Positions 31,957 through 41,047 of a stretch of 64,000 nucleotides of DNA are shown in pieces. Each line of letters starts with the position of its first letter. The first letter of the stretch is position 1. Source of the stretch: a virus; IMG/VR virus record IMGVR_UViG_3300026519_000009, positions 12,607 through 76,606 of that record; one strand, written 5' to 3'. A program made the translations under genes and the position numbers. Under the pieces are notes generated by a model. The model saw only the letters and a program-made list of their open reading frames with translations. It made no database searches and had not been told where the DNA came from.

Positions 31957-32409
31957 TTAGTTATCCGTTCGTTTTCTTGTTAAATTTTTAATCAAAATGC
32001 GCATGTTATGCAACTTCTTTCGTATCGTGGATACCCCAATTTTTACCCTAGATTTCGATATATTGGCAAAATTCAAAATAGTGACTATCGTATCCGCTTT
32101 CTCTATTGGCACCATATATATTTTTTCCATATGGAAGTTACCTAGTTCAACACGAATTATTACTTCTTTTTTATAGCGTGGAAATCGTGTAGGATCATAA
32201 AAGTCTTCAGCAACCGGTTTGAAAAAATCCTGTATATTGTTTACTTGATTCTGAGCACCCATATTTTCCGGGTATGGTCCACCACCGCCCGTTGGTTGAA
32301 CCACCACACCAAGGCAATATAGTGAAAAATGCGTAGTAATTAACCCTTCACATGCCCCACCACATAGTCCCTTTGTTATTATTCGCTGACCACCAACACC
32401 AATACTCAT
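31957..32409 (-). CDS. Hypothetical protein (start MSIGVGG)
   Basis: ATG at 32409 follows the stop of the upstream gene. Confidence 0.6.
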   Translation of the reverse strand: MSIGVGGQRIITKGLCGGACEGLITTHFSLYCLGVVVQPTGGGGPYPENMGAQNQVNNIQDFFKPVAEDFYDPTRFPRYKKEVIIRVELGNFHMEKIYMVPIEKADTIVTILNFANISKSRVKIGVSTIRKKLHNMRILIKNLTRKRTDN

Positions 32410-32416
32410 ATTATGC

Positions 32417-33079
32417 CTATGGGCATACCGCCTTGCCATCCGTACCACCAGCAACAGGTCTACGTTCACACACTTCAGACGTACTAGGCGTGCCACTCTG
32501 ATCCAATAAGTTAAATACCCGCAATGGTGTAACGCAATCATCATCGTATACAGTTAATGTGTTTGCGGTAGAATCAACACGGGTGCGGTTCGTTTCATAT
32601 TTACACAATAATTCTACAATATCGGTTACCGCCTGAATGTCCAAAAATAATTGTGTAGTGTTCGCATTAATCATGCTTAATGTAGCACCAGTGGAGCCGG
32701 TTATTTGATGGTCAGGGAGCAATACTTCGTCAAGAACATTTGGTTCAATTTTTGCGGTTTGATACCGGTCTATATTCGATACAGAGGGACCAGCATCCGT
32801 CCGTATAACGTAATTACTACTTTGGTCATACCCGAGTAATGGGGTAAAGTCAAAGGTGTAGAAACCATCTTGTGATGGTGGTGAACCAGTACCGATAATT
32901 TCAAGCATAACACCATCCGTAGCTTGTCCTGTGCCATTGGGGGCACCAACAATCAGCGTTTGAGTCGATCCATTTACTTCCCATATACGAACCCGAGGAT
33001 ATCCGGGGGTGGTTGTTCCTATGTTTATTGCGGGAACGCCTGCATCTGAAAAGAAGCTATTAATTTCCGTTTGTGCCAT
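32417..33079 (-). CDS. Putative virion structural protein
   Basis: 220 aa; AATAAATA motif and AGGA RBS upstream. Confidence 0.55.
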   Translation of the reverse strand: MAQTEINSFFSDAGVPAINIGTTTPGYPRVRIWEVNGSTQTLIVGAPNGTGQATDGVMLEIIGTGSPPSQDGFYTFDFTPLLGYDQSSNYVIRTDAGPSVSNIDRYQTAKIEPNVLDEVLLPDHQITGSTGATLSMINANTTQLFLDIQAVTDIVELLCKYETNRTRVDSTANTLTVYDDDCVTPLRVFNLLDQSGTPSTSEVCERRPVAGGTDGKAVCP

Positions 33080-33117
33080 ATGTACAACATCCTATTAACT
33101 ATTATCTTATTATTTAT

Positions 33118-33160
33118 TCAAGTTACCGAAATACTACTACTGGTGGTTGGTCGTTTCGAA
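33118..33160 (+). mobile_element. Degenerate mini element (loop deleted)
   Basis: TATTTAT|TCAAGTTACCGAAATACTACTACTGGTGGTTGGTCGTTTCGAA. Confidence 0.65.
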
Positions 33161-33243
33161 CCGTTAATTTGACATTATATATCAATATCGCTTCAATCTT
33201 TTTTTTTATGTATGATAAATATACTAAACTAGGGAATATAATT

Positions 33244-33486
33244 ATGCATGATTTTTCACTAATTAAACAGTTAAATACCGTTGACGTTAAGCAACCGTGT
33301 GGATTGGCGGAAGGAATTGTGTACCAGCAATATGAGCTAAAGATTGAAGGTGGTTTAGTGACTGTCAATATCCCATTACGCGAAAGCGAACATTTTGAAA
33401 CAGCATTGTCTAAACACGACAGCGAAATAACACGTCAATCATTAAAATTATTATTAAGAGAATTTCGCGGAATCCGCGAACGCTAA
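33244..33486 (+). CDS. Hypothetical protein
   Basis: GATAAATA at 33214 and AGGGA RBS before ATG 33244. Confidence 0.6.
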   Translation: MHDFSLIKQLNTVDVKQPCGLAEGIVYQQYELKIEGGLVTVNIPLRESEHFETALSKHDSEITRQSLKLLLREFRGIRER

Positions 33487-33501
33487 TACTGGATATTAAA
33501 T

Positions 33502-33996
33502 ATGGGATTTGTTCTAACACAACCAACAACAGGTAACATAGGCGGCGGGGGAATACCCGGACTAACGGTATCCATGATAAATGGGCAAAACGTTCTAACA
33601 TTGGAAGATACTACACGTGGTAATAAAATATTATCTGTTTCGGATAATCCAGTCGTTTTTTCCGAAAATGTATTATCAAACCTTGACTGGTTGGCCGTTG
33701 GTGGGGCAAGGGATGCGGATAGTGGTTTTATCACAACATTAGATGCAACTATTGTTGGCATTTCGGCACATTGTGAAAATACTGGCGGAAATTCTAAAAA
33801 TATTCATCTTTTTGTTGATGGTGCCGACCTTGGCTCACTTGGAACACTAGGTGGCGGTACAAATGCAGTGATTAATGATACTATTTTGGATATAGATATT
33901 AATCAGGGACAACGTGTAAGATTACGCGCAGTGGACGGTATACCGGGAAATATCCAAGATACCGTAATTAAACTAACATTAAAGTGGCGCGGCTAA
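33502..33996 (+). CDS. Putative structural protein
   Basis: 164 aa, G/D/T-rich, beta-type composition. Confidence 0.55.
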   Translation: MGFVLTQPTTGNIGGGGIPGLTVSMINGQNVLTLEDTTRGNKILSVSDNPVVFSENVLSNLDWLAVGGARDADSGFITTLDATIVGISAHCENTGGNSKNIHLFVDGADLGSLGTLGGGTNAVINDTILDIDINQGQRVRLRAVDGIPGNIQDTVIKLTLKWRG

Positions 33997-34232
33997 ACTT
34001 GAGTTATAATGACTTTTAATTCGTTTAATGTTTTTTCTTCACCATTAACTACTATAATCGGAACGGTTCTTGGTGTACGGTCTATAATATCCGTTATTTC
34101 TTCTATTGAAATATTGGTACCAATCGTCAAATAATTATACGGGATTCCCTTATCTGTAAGCATAGCTTCTAATTTACGACAATTGCCACACACTTTTGTA
34201 CCAAATATATCAATTTTCATCATTTTCACCAT
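33993..34232 (-). CDS. Glutaredoxin
   Basis: CGNC active site and RTVP.I..NG motif. Confidence 0.9.
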   Translation of the reverse strand: MVKMMKIDIFGTKVCGNCRKLEAMLTDKGIPYNYLTIGTNISIEEITDIIDRTPRTVPIIVVNGEEKTLNELKVIITQV

Positions 34233-34248
34233 TAATTAATTTTGTTAT

Positions 34249-34306
34249 CCAATTTGCTGAATCCACTTCCAATTTCAGCTTACTGATTTGGAAGTGATCG
34301 CTTCAA
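34249..34306 (+). mobile_element. Mini hairpin element overlapping the 3' end of ORF 34275-34724
   Basis: TTAT|CCAATTTGCTGAATCCACTTCCAATTTCAGCTTACTGATTTGGAAGTGATCGCTTCAA. Confidence 0.85.
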
Positions 34307-34724
34307 ATTTAAGATAAATTGTTTGAATTGTTGTATTAAACCGTAGACAGAAAATAAAAGTACTAATAACTGTCGCATTCATTACACTCCAGCCTACGCT
34401 GAAAATCGCCCATGTGTTTTCATTTGTCACAACAGGTAATATCAAAAGCGTTATAATATTAAAAAATATAGCGCAGGCGGAAAACCGAAGTAATGAACGA
34501 TATCCGGTAATAACGGAGTTAATAAAGTTATTTTCTGCCCGCCATAATAATATTTCTGATTCGTTCGTCACACCGGTAGTCTTGTCCATGGCAGCGTGAA
34601 TTAGCAACCGTGTTCGTAATGCACACTTAATAGTGGTAATATATGAACGACATATGACTACACACATGACACACAGCAACAATATTAATAATATAATCCC
34701 ATATTCATCCATTACATTCTCCAA
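34275..34724 (-). CDS. Membrane protein
   Basis: Three hydrophobic segments; GGAG RBS. Confidence 0.65.
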   Translation of the reverse strand: MENVMDEYGIILLILLLCVMCVVICRSYITTIKCALRTRLLIHAAMDKTTGVTNESEILLWRAENNFINSVITGYRSLLRFSACAIFFNIITLLILPVVTNENTWAIFSVGWSVMNATVISTFIFCLRFNTTIQTIYLKFEAITSKSVS

Positions 34725-34743
34725 ATGCCTATAATATAGTTAT

Positions 34744-34804
34744 CCAAGTTGCCTGAATACTACTTCCAAAGTGGGCTAGCTGAATTTGGAAGCGGTCGCT
34801 TCAA
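34744..34804 (+). mobile_element. Mini hairpin element
   Basis: TTAT|CCAAGTTGCCTGAATACTACTTCCAAAGTGGGCTAGCTGAATTTGGAAGCGGTCGCTTCAA. Confidence 0.88.
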
Positions 34805-35232
34805 TTAACTATGTTTTTTGTGATCCATCGCGTAGCAGCCTCTACAATAGGACGATGCAATAGTCTACCTTCCTCATAAAATTCGGAAGGTGTCATCCAT
34901 CGCGTTGATGCAATTCCGGGTTCAGGATCACCAAACAACAATGGATCATTTACTTCTGCCACAAAAACAGTAGTTCGTCCAAGAAAAATCCCAAGTGAAT
35001 AAATGTCACCAATTATATTGGGTACAAACAGACCAACTTCTTCTTGGGCTTCGCGAATAGCAGCATCAATCGCCGATTCATTGTTTTCAATTTTACCCTT
35101 ACATAATTGATAAGTATTACCCCCGAAAGTATGCGAGGCTGGACGTTGAAATAACATTTTAAATGTATTTGAATCTTCACTTAAATGATAGGGTATCAAT
35201 CCAGCTCTATATATTTTTTTTTTATTTCTCAT
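34801..35232 (-). CDS. Nudix hydrolase
   Basis: Nudix box GKIENNESAIDAAIREAQEEVGL. Confidence 0.93.
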   Translation of the reverse strand: MRNKKKIYRAGLIPYHLSEDSNTFKMLFQRPASHTFGGNTYQLCKGKIENNESAIDAAIREAQEEVGLFVPNIIGDIYSLGIFLGRTTVFVAEVNDPLLFGDPEPGIASTRWMTPSEFYEEGRLLHRPIVEAATRWITKNIVN

Positions 35233-35267
35233 AATAGTGATCGTTCCAATATATTATAGATATTTAT

Positions 35268-35331
35268 CCAATTTGCCAAAATACCATCACCCAATTTTGC
35301 AAGCAGAATTTGGTGATGGCATTCGCGTCAA
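35268..35331 (+). mobile_element. Mini hairpin element
   Basis: TATTTAT|CCAATTTGCCAAAATACCATCACCCAATTTTGCAAGCAGAATTTGGTGATGGCATTCGCGTCAA. Confidence 0.8.
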
Positions 35332-35339
35332 CGTCTGCA

Positions 35340-35573
35340 TTAATGTGCGATATGTTTTTCATTAAACATATTATATTCTTTTAAATATCGTTGGGCACGC
35401 TTATCGTTTTCGCTACTACCAAGTTGCTTGCGCACCACATCAGAATCTTCAATCAACGATGCTTTAATTTTAATCGTATTCCTGCAAAAATTAATTAAGT
35501 CATTCGCTGACGTATTTGTTCGGACGAATATAATAGTTGACGTATTATCGTGTTCCATTAGTTCAATTAACAT
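35340..35573 (-). CDS. Hypothetical protein
   Basis: ORF coupled to the upstream small ORF. Confidence 0.5.
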   Translation of the reverse strand: MLIELMEHDNTSTIIFVRTNTSANDLINFCRNTIKIKASLIEDSDVVRKQLGSSENDKRAQRYLKEYNMFNEKHIAH

Positions 35574-35763
35574 GTTTGGTCACCACCATACGAACAGGCA
35601 AACGTTTTTCGACAATTTTATATTGTTTCATGATAAGCTTATTTGCCACACTACGCATATCAGGTGTCATATTTTTGTCATTGCGTGTCATTATTAATAA
35701 GTCGGAGGTAAGCTTATCTAATTGCCGATGCGTTTTTACTGATGAAAAATCTAAAATATTCAT
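35563..35763 (-). CDS. Hypothetical protein
   Basis: 66-aa ORF co-oriented with its neighbours. Confidence 0.45.
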   Translation of the reverse strand: MNILDFSSVKTHRQLDKLTSDLLIMTRNDKNMTPDMRSVANKLIMKQYKIVEKRLPVRMVVTKHVN

Positions 35764-35942
35764 AATATATGTACTATCTCTGGTATAATTTATGGGAGAT
35801 TAGGTAGATGTTAAAACAACTACCGCCCAACGTTGGTGTTCCGGCACAACAGTTCCACGATCAATAAATGTGTAGTTACTATTTCTTTCGGAAAAGATTA
35901 ATGCCATTGCCTTATTCCTGAAAAACATCATAATTAAATTCC

Positions 35943-36311
35943 TTAAAGTGAAAGCATTTCGGTTACCCTGATTTTCCGGCGCAACGATTCAACATATAAA
36001 CGCTTAGCGCCGTCTATATCACTGGCTGAGTTTTCGGGGGGTGTAAACGTGTTAATTACCTTAATGTAGGGTGCGACAGGTTTACCTTCGCGGATATCAC
36101 GAACTACATATACAATCGACATTTTACCAGATTGTTTATTAATCGTTCGGTGGGCGGCATGTAATGACTGTGCGTATGGGATACCGATTTGAAACTGTTC
36201 ACAAAGCATTTTAATTGCGGTATTGCGCTTAATATGTTTAATTTCATCGAGATATGCGAATGCCAGCTGTCGTTTACTGTTTGGGTTAGATGGTCTTGCC
36301 ATATTAATCAC
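35943..36311 (-). CDS. Hypothetical basic protein
   Basis: AGGT RBS; MARPSNPNSKR start. Confidence 0.6.
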   Translation of the reverse strand: MINMARPSNPNSKRQLAFAYLDEIKHIKRNTAIKMLCEQFQIGIPYAQSLHAAHRTINKQSGKMSIVYVVRDIREGKPVAPYIKVINTFTPPENSASDIDGAKRLYVESLRRKIRVTEMLSL

Positions 36312-36402
36312 CTGTTGTTGTAAGTCATCAGCATTATTACTGATTTAAACAAACTATATCATAATTATTCAACAACTGTCAACCATTTTTTAATGGTTGT
36401 GA

Positions 36403-36783
36403 TTAGAATCCAGGTTTAATTTTCTTCAACTCCCAATATTTCCTATTCCCTATATGTCTAACACGATGAATTTTAAACTTCTTTGATGCTACCATAGCAT
36501 CTACCATTTTTGTAGTCATCCGTTTGCTATACGCATCCGTGGCGAACAAACTCACAATATTTCGTCGATTTGTCTTATATTGCGAATATGCAGAAAGCGC
36601 ATTTATACTAGCTGCCATGGTTAAATTAGAATTCGATTTCATAAAATCCTTAACCATTTTATCAGTAATGTTTTTGCCACGTTTAGACACCTTCAATTCC
36701 CGAATTGAACGGGATATCGCTTCCATCAAATTAATGGCTTCAATATTAAGATATTCTTCCGTTATTTCTTTAAGTAAATCCAT
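36403..36783 (-). CDS. Hypothetical protein (possible head-internal protein)
   Basis: GAGG RBS; MDLLKEITEE start. Confidence 0.6.
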   Translation of the reverse strand: MDLLKEITEEYLNIEAINLMEAISRSIRELKVSKRGKNITDKMVKDFMKSNSNLTMAASINALSAYSQYKTNRRNIVSLFATDAYSKRMTTKMVDAMVASKKFKIHRVRHIGNRKYWELKKIKPGF

Positions 36784-36796
36784 TTTCGCCTCAATA

Positions 36797-37150
36797 TTAT
36801 TCTACCGGTAATTCCTCGGGTGGTAGACCAAGCTTTTTCTGTAATTCATCCCGCTGCTCGGTATATGCTTTATTTATCACATCGTACTCTTTTAACGCAC
36901 GCTCTAGTTCACGCGCATATCCCAATAACACTTCCAGTGTGGCATGATAATGCTTTACTAAGGCACCGGGTTGAAGAATTTCTTCCTGCGTCATATCATG
37001 TATGGGAAGACTGGGGCGTGGTATGTGTGGCGGCTTTGGACTATACAATATAGGAACCAATGTTTCTTGAACTTCGGTCTTTACCGTTATTAATTTTCCA
37101 CCACAGCCAACCATCAATGTCATTAATATAATAATAATTATTTTTCCCAT
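36797..37150 (-). CDS. Outer-membrane spanin (Rz1-like lipoprotein)
   Basis: Lipobox LMVGC, Pro-rich segment; overlaps the end of the i-spanin. Confidence 0.8.
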   Translation of the reverse strand: MGKIIIIILMTLMVGCGGKLITVKTEVQETLVPILYSPKPPHIPRPSLPIHDMTQEEILQPGALVKHYHATLEVLLGYARELERALKEYDVINKAYTEQRDELQKKLGLPPEELPVE

Positions 37151-37584
37151 GATATCCCCTTTCGAATATTGCGTAAGTATTCAATACTAGCTTCGCATGT
37201 TGTTGGTGTCTTATTGGCAAGAATTTCATTTACCCTTTTATCGGTATTCACGCGGCTATCCCGTAGTGTATTTTTCAAACTTTTAATATTGTTTGCAAGG
37301 TTTTTTGATATCATTCGCCATTTATCAACTTCATTATTTCTATCAACAATACTGTCGGCAAGTGTATCATTCCCTTTTTTACAAATATCAATCGCATTAT
37401 CCGCAGCAGCAAGTCTCTTCGTCAAGCTAGGTATGGTTTCAGCGCCAAAAAATATTCGGGCTTCAAACACATTTTGATATACTATTATAGCCATCATACC
37501 ACCAATGGCAATTGTTTTCCAGTTTGTTATGATAAACGGAACTATACTTTTAAAATTTAAAAGTTTTAATAAGAATAACGGCAT
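37138..37584 (-). CDS. Inner-membrane spanin (Rz-like)
   Basis: N-terminal TM helix, coiled coil, C-terminal P-x-T-C; paired with the lipoprotein gene. Confidence 0.78.
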   Translation of the reverse strand: MPLFLLKLLNFKSIVPFIITNWKTIAIGGMMAIIVYQNVFEARIFFGAETIPSLTKRLAAADNAIDICKKGNDTLADSIVDRNNEVDKWRMISKNLANNIKSLKNTLRDSRVNTDKRVNEILANKTPTTCEASIEYLRNIRKGISWEK

Positions 37585-37634
37585 AACAGATTCTCCACTT
37601 GATATAATTATATATCAAGTGGAGAATCTGTTAT
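37583..37634 (-). promoter_or_regulatory. Perfect 24-bp inverted repeat covering the spanin RBS
   Basis: ATAACAGATTCTCCACTTGATATA-ATTA-TATATCAAGTGGAGAATCTGTTAT. Confidence 0.75.
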
Positions 37635-37658
37635 TTTTTGAATTTACTGTTGGCAACC

Positions 37659-37718
37659 CTAAATTTCCGAAATGCCACTTCCAAATTTGGTTTGCTGAAT
37701 TGGAAGTGGTCGCGTCAT
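37659..37718 (+). mobile_element. Mini hairpin element
   Basis: CTAAATTTCCGAAATGCCACTTCCAAATTTGGTTTGCTGAATTGGAAGTGGTCGCGTCA, preceded by an IS607-like left-end motif (37646-37658, minus). Confidence 0.8.
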
Positions 37719-37918
37719 TTTCCTAGTTTTTGGTGGATATTCATAAGGTCTGATGAATTTTTTCGTGTAGAATGATATGTTCTATCCAGCTTTACACCAG
37801 TTTTTTGAAGTTGCTTCTGCAACTGACGCATTACTTTTTCTATTTTCCTAATTTGATCAGCCTGTTTTGATATCAGTTCCGATTGTAGTTTTAGTTGTTG
37901 TTCGATATTAATTTTCAC
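37715..37918 (-). CDS. Small coiled-coil protein
   Basis: Q/K/L heptads; overlaps the stop of the upstream gene. Confidence 0.55.
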   Translation of the reverse strand: MKINIEQQLKLQSELISKQADQIRKIEKVMRQLQKQLQKTGVKLDRTYHSTRKNSSDLMNIHQKLGK

Positions 37919-38267
37919 TATAAAGTTCCCAAAAGTTGATTATAACGTAGCTATTCCATAGGACAACTATCATGTATATTATCGTTACCGCTAACATAGT
38001 CCAAAACACAAGGGGTCGCTGACACAGTGCCCAGCGGCGATACGCGATGCCACATACCCAAGATAATCCAATTAGTTTGACTACCAATATAACCCAAATA
38101 GTATTGGTTATGTCCATCAGATATACTAAAACTGGGTTTACCTCACGGCCATCCATTTTCTCTAAAATAATATATGTTGTGACGAAATCCAATAAGTTAA
38201 GAACAACAATGGCACCTATCATTGCAATGATGCCAATGCGGAGTGTATTAGCAGACAACAACATCAA
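37908..38267 (-). CDS. Membrane protein (DUF5658-like)
   Basis: LNLLDFVTTY...E.NP motif and three TM segments. Confidence 0.75.
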   Translation of the reverse strand: MMLLSANTLRIGIIAMIGAIVVLNLLDFVTTYIILEKMDGREVNPVLVYLMDITNTIWVILVVKLIGLSWVCGIAYRRWALCQRPLVFWTMLAVTIIYMIVVLWNSYVIINFWELYSEN

Positions 38268-38731
38268 TGACCGGTGGGCATTAAAATATGATTTGTTAAT
38301 ACAATTGCAGTATCAATATCCGATACTACAAATGGACATGCTTCAAGCAACATTGGGTGTTCATGTATATTTCCATGCGGTTCCATAATCAATACGATTG
38401 GAATATTTGCTTGTTTGGCCCACGCAATTTCCATTACAGTACCAATACTAACAGTAGTGGCGTTCAGTAAATTTACTAGAAGTAAGTCAGAACGATGAAC
38501 ATCAAAATTGTCACGTGTATATATACCACGCTGGGTAGATAATGGCCAATCATTATTGTCATAAGAACCAACTATTTTGTCAAGCGTACCTAAGTATTCC
38601 TTACCACGTAATGGGGACACGCCGCTGATATGCGAATCTAAATTTTCAATAGCATACTGTCGCCAGTCAATAGATTCGTTGAACCCGAGTCCTGAAATGG
38701 GCCCGGCCAAGTATACAAAAAACGATTTCAT
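38264..38731 (-). CDS. Nucleoside 2-deoxyribosyltransferase / nucleotide N-hydrolase family
   Basis: VYLAGPI...D...SD...SIGTVMEIAWA motifs. Confidence 0.88.
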   Translation of the reverse strand: MKSFFVYLAGPISGLGFNESIDWRQYAIENLDSHISGVSPLRGKEYLGTLDKIVGSYDNNDWPLSTQRGIYTRDNFDVHRSDLLLVNLLNATTVSIGTVMEIAWAKQANIPIVLIMEPHGNIHEHPMLLEACPFVVSDIDTAIVLTNHILMPTGH

Positions 38732-38977
38732 TTTTGCCTCCAGTAATGATATTATATTAAAGCGTTATCCATCAATATCAGGAAGTTCAGCATTCTGTTT
38801 CACCAATTCGTCAAACACAATAGAAATCCGATTAGATAATGTAGTTTCCAAGGCGGATAATGACGTAAGTTCTGATAGTCGAACGGTTGCTTCAATTAAG
38901 CTATCCATGATATATTCTCTCTAATATTATTGAAACATGACAATATCATGCGATAACGAATAAATCAAGCATTTTAT

Positions 38978-38992
38978 CCAATTTGACTAAAT
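38978..38992 (+). mobile_element. Left-end fragment of the mini element
   Basis: TTTAT|CCAATTTGACTAAAT. Confidence 0.5.
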
Positions 38993-39160
38993 TTCGGATG
39001 GCTTTCCAAATATTCGTTCAACTGCATGTAAGAACTCCTTTTCGGGGTCTAATGCCCGTGCGAGCATCTCTTCTTGTTCGGGTGTTAATGGTTGGGTTTC
39101 GGTAAATCCCATGTCGGCTAAAACGGTGATAATCGCTGAATCTTGGTTTTCTGTCTTCAT
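38987..39160 (-). CDS. 57-aa hypothetical protein (not in the ORF track)
   Basis: MKTENQDSAIITVLADMGFTETQPLTPEQEEMLARALDPEKEFLHAVERIFGKPSEI; ATG 5 nt after GATAAATA. Confidence 0.55.
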   Translation of the reverse strand: MKTENQDSAIITVLADMGFTETQPLTPEQEEMLARALDPEKEFLHAVERIFGKPSEI

Positions 39161-39172
39161 GTGTATATTTAT

Positions 39173-39236
39173 CCAAGTTGTCGGAATACCACCAAATTAG
39201 CAAGCTGAATTTTGAAGTGGTATTCTGGCAACTTGG
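39173..39236. mobile_element. Mini element, two left ends head-to-head
   Basis: TTTAT|CCAAGTTGTCGGAATACCAC...GTGGTATTCTGGCAACTTGG|ATAAA. Confidence 0.88.
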
Positions 39237-39242
39237 ATAAAA

Positions 39243-39276
39243 AAAGCAGTGATATACCGAAAAATATCACTGCTTT
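39243..39276 (-). terminator. Intrinsic terminator
   Basis: AAAGCAGTGATAT-N8-ATATCACTGCTTT with an A-run on the left (U-tract on minus), downstream of ORF 39301-39567. Confidence 0.65.
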
Positions 39277-39300
39277 GGTTTAAACAACCACCGGTTGTCG

Positions 39301-39567
39301 CTAGTCGGCGGAGGGAGAATCTTCTGCGTCAGCAGAAGATTCTCCCTCCGCACTAAGCTCTGCACGTACTTTATTGATAATTTGTTGCGAAAGTGTTTCT
39401 TTTGCCGCAATATATCGAGTCAATTCATCCCGTACCACCACTTCCTGCCGTTGCCAATCATTATACATTTCGACCAATCCTTGAATTTCTTCACTCAGAC
39501 TATCAACCGCATATGGCTTTTCATCAATTGTAAGTACCTTAATATCCACTACTTTTTGCATCTTCAA
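39301..39567 (-). CDS. Hypothetical coiled-coil protein
   Basis: LTIDEKPYAVDSLSEE motif; AGGAG RBS. Confidence 0.7.
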   Translation of the reverse strand: MKMQKVVDIKVLTIDEKPYAVDSLSEEIQGLVEMYNDWQRQEVVVRDELTRYIAAKETLSQQIINKVRAELSAEGESSADAEDSPSAD

Positions 39568-39648
39568 TCTCCTAATATTATAATTATATATTCAACGCTT
39601 TATTTTACCACTGTATTGCTACAAATATCAATCTTTTTTTTTCATTTA

Positions 39649-40968
39649 TTACACATTCGGTAACGTGTTAAACATATGGTCGGCATCCGACAAATCAACA
39701 CCAGGCGGTGCATCGGATGGTTTTTTCTTCTTAAAAATAAGTTGATCGGAGGCGGCTGTATCATCATCCACTATCCTTAAATATTTATTATCCCATTTTA
39801 AATGAATATGATCACCAACACCATCGCTATTTCGTGTTTTTTGTAAAATAAATATAATTTTTTCCATTGCACGCATCTCATCCGTCATTATTATTGAGAA
39901 ATAAGTATCAGCGACCTGTATTTTACTAAGACCACCAGCAATTTGACTATGATTATGTGATGGTGCTTCAATTGCACTACGATTAAGTTGGGAAGCGGTT
40001 GCAATAAACATATCGTAATCTATACCAATTTGTCGTAACTGTTCGGAACATAATTTATCTTTTTGAAACACATTATCAGCGGATATTGCTTCATTTGCCC
40101 CCATATTATCAAGATAATCAAGAACGATCATATCCGGTATTCGTTTGTTTCTTAACTCAAATTCTTTTAAATATGCACGAATATCATTGGCGCTAGTTTC
40201 GGTTGGCATCTGTACGATATCTAACGCCCCGATGTTTTTACCGGCCTTTGTTACCGTTTTGGTTATTTCATCTACATGTTCTTTCCAAACTTTCCTAGAA
40301 ATACCGGTGTACATTGTGTCAAATCTACTGCCTATTACATCTTCTGATAATTCAAGTGATATGTATAAAACGTCAAGTCCTCTATTTACAAAATTTAATG
40401 CTAAATTGGCCAAAGTAATAGACTTACCGCCACCGGAATTCGCGGAAACTAATAATAATTCTTTTCGTGAAATACCACCAAATAATGCATCATCCAGTTT
40501 AGACCATCCGGTCGGTGATGTCTGCGTGCCTATTAAATTTCGTTGTAGTCGTTCTTCTACGCTTGAAAAATATGATAATCCAAGATTTTTTGACAGTGAT
40601 ATTTGTGACGCGGCTAACATTACGGCAGCTGCTTCTGCATGTTTCGCATCGTTAGTAATTAGTTCAACGGCAATAATTACTGCTTCTTCCATCGCTCGCT
40701 TTTGGCAAAACTCTTCTATTTCATCTGCACAATATGAAACTTGATCCGTTGTTATTTCATGCATTCGCAACAACATGCCAGTTTCCGCTTCAATTTGTTT
40801 TGTATTAGGTGTAGTGGAATACTCATTAAAGTATTTAACTATAAACATAATGACCCTTTGATATTCAGGATCAAAGTAAGTTGCTTTGATTATCCCTTGA
40901 CACATAGCATATGTGTCCGGTGATGAAATCAGCAATTCTATTAAGAATTTTTGTTTAGTATTATCCAT
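39649..40968 (-). CDS. Replicative DnaB-like helicase (T4 gp41-like)
   Basis: Walker A ANSGGGKS, YISLELSE, LDYLD, TASQLNR and KTRNS. Confidence 0.95.
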   Translation of the reverse strand: MDNTKQKFLIELLISSPDTYAMCQGIIKATYFDPEYQRVIMFIVKYFNEYSTTPNTKQIEAETGMLLRMHEITTDQVSYCADEIEEFCQKRAMEEAVIIAVELITNDAKHAEAAAVMLAASQISLSKNLGLSYFSSVEERLQRNLIGTQTSPTGWSKLDDALFGGISRKELLLVSANSGGGKSITLANLALNFVNRGLDVLYISLELSEDVIGSRFDTMYTGISRKVWKEHVDEITKTVTKAGKNIGALDIVQMPTETSANDIRAYLKEFELRNKRIPDMIVLDYLDNMGANEAISADNVFQKDKLCSEQLRQIGIDYDMFIATASQLNRSAIEAPSHNHSQIAGGLSKIQVADTYFSIIMTDEMRAMEKIIFILQKTRNSDGVGDHIHLKWDNKYLRIVDDDTAASDQLIFKKKKPSDAPPGVDLSDADHMFNTLPNV

Positions 40969-40985
40969 TTTTTATTATTTTTTAT

Positions 40986-41044
40986 CCAAGTTGCTGGAAT
41001 ACCACTTCCAAATCGGCGATCTGATTTGAAACCGACCACTTCAA
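40986..41044 (+). mobile_element. Mini hairpin element
   Basis: TTTAT|CCAAGTTGCTGGAATACCACTTCCAAATCGGCGATCTGATTTGAAACCGACCACTTCAA. Confidence 0.82.
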
Positions 41045-41047
41045 TTT

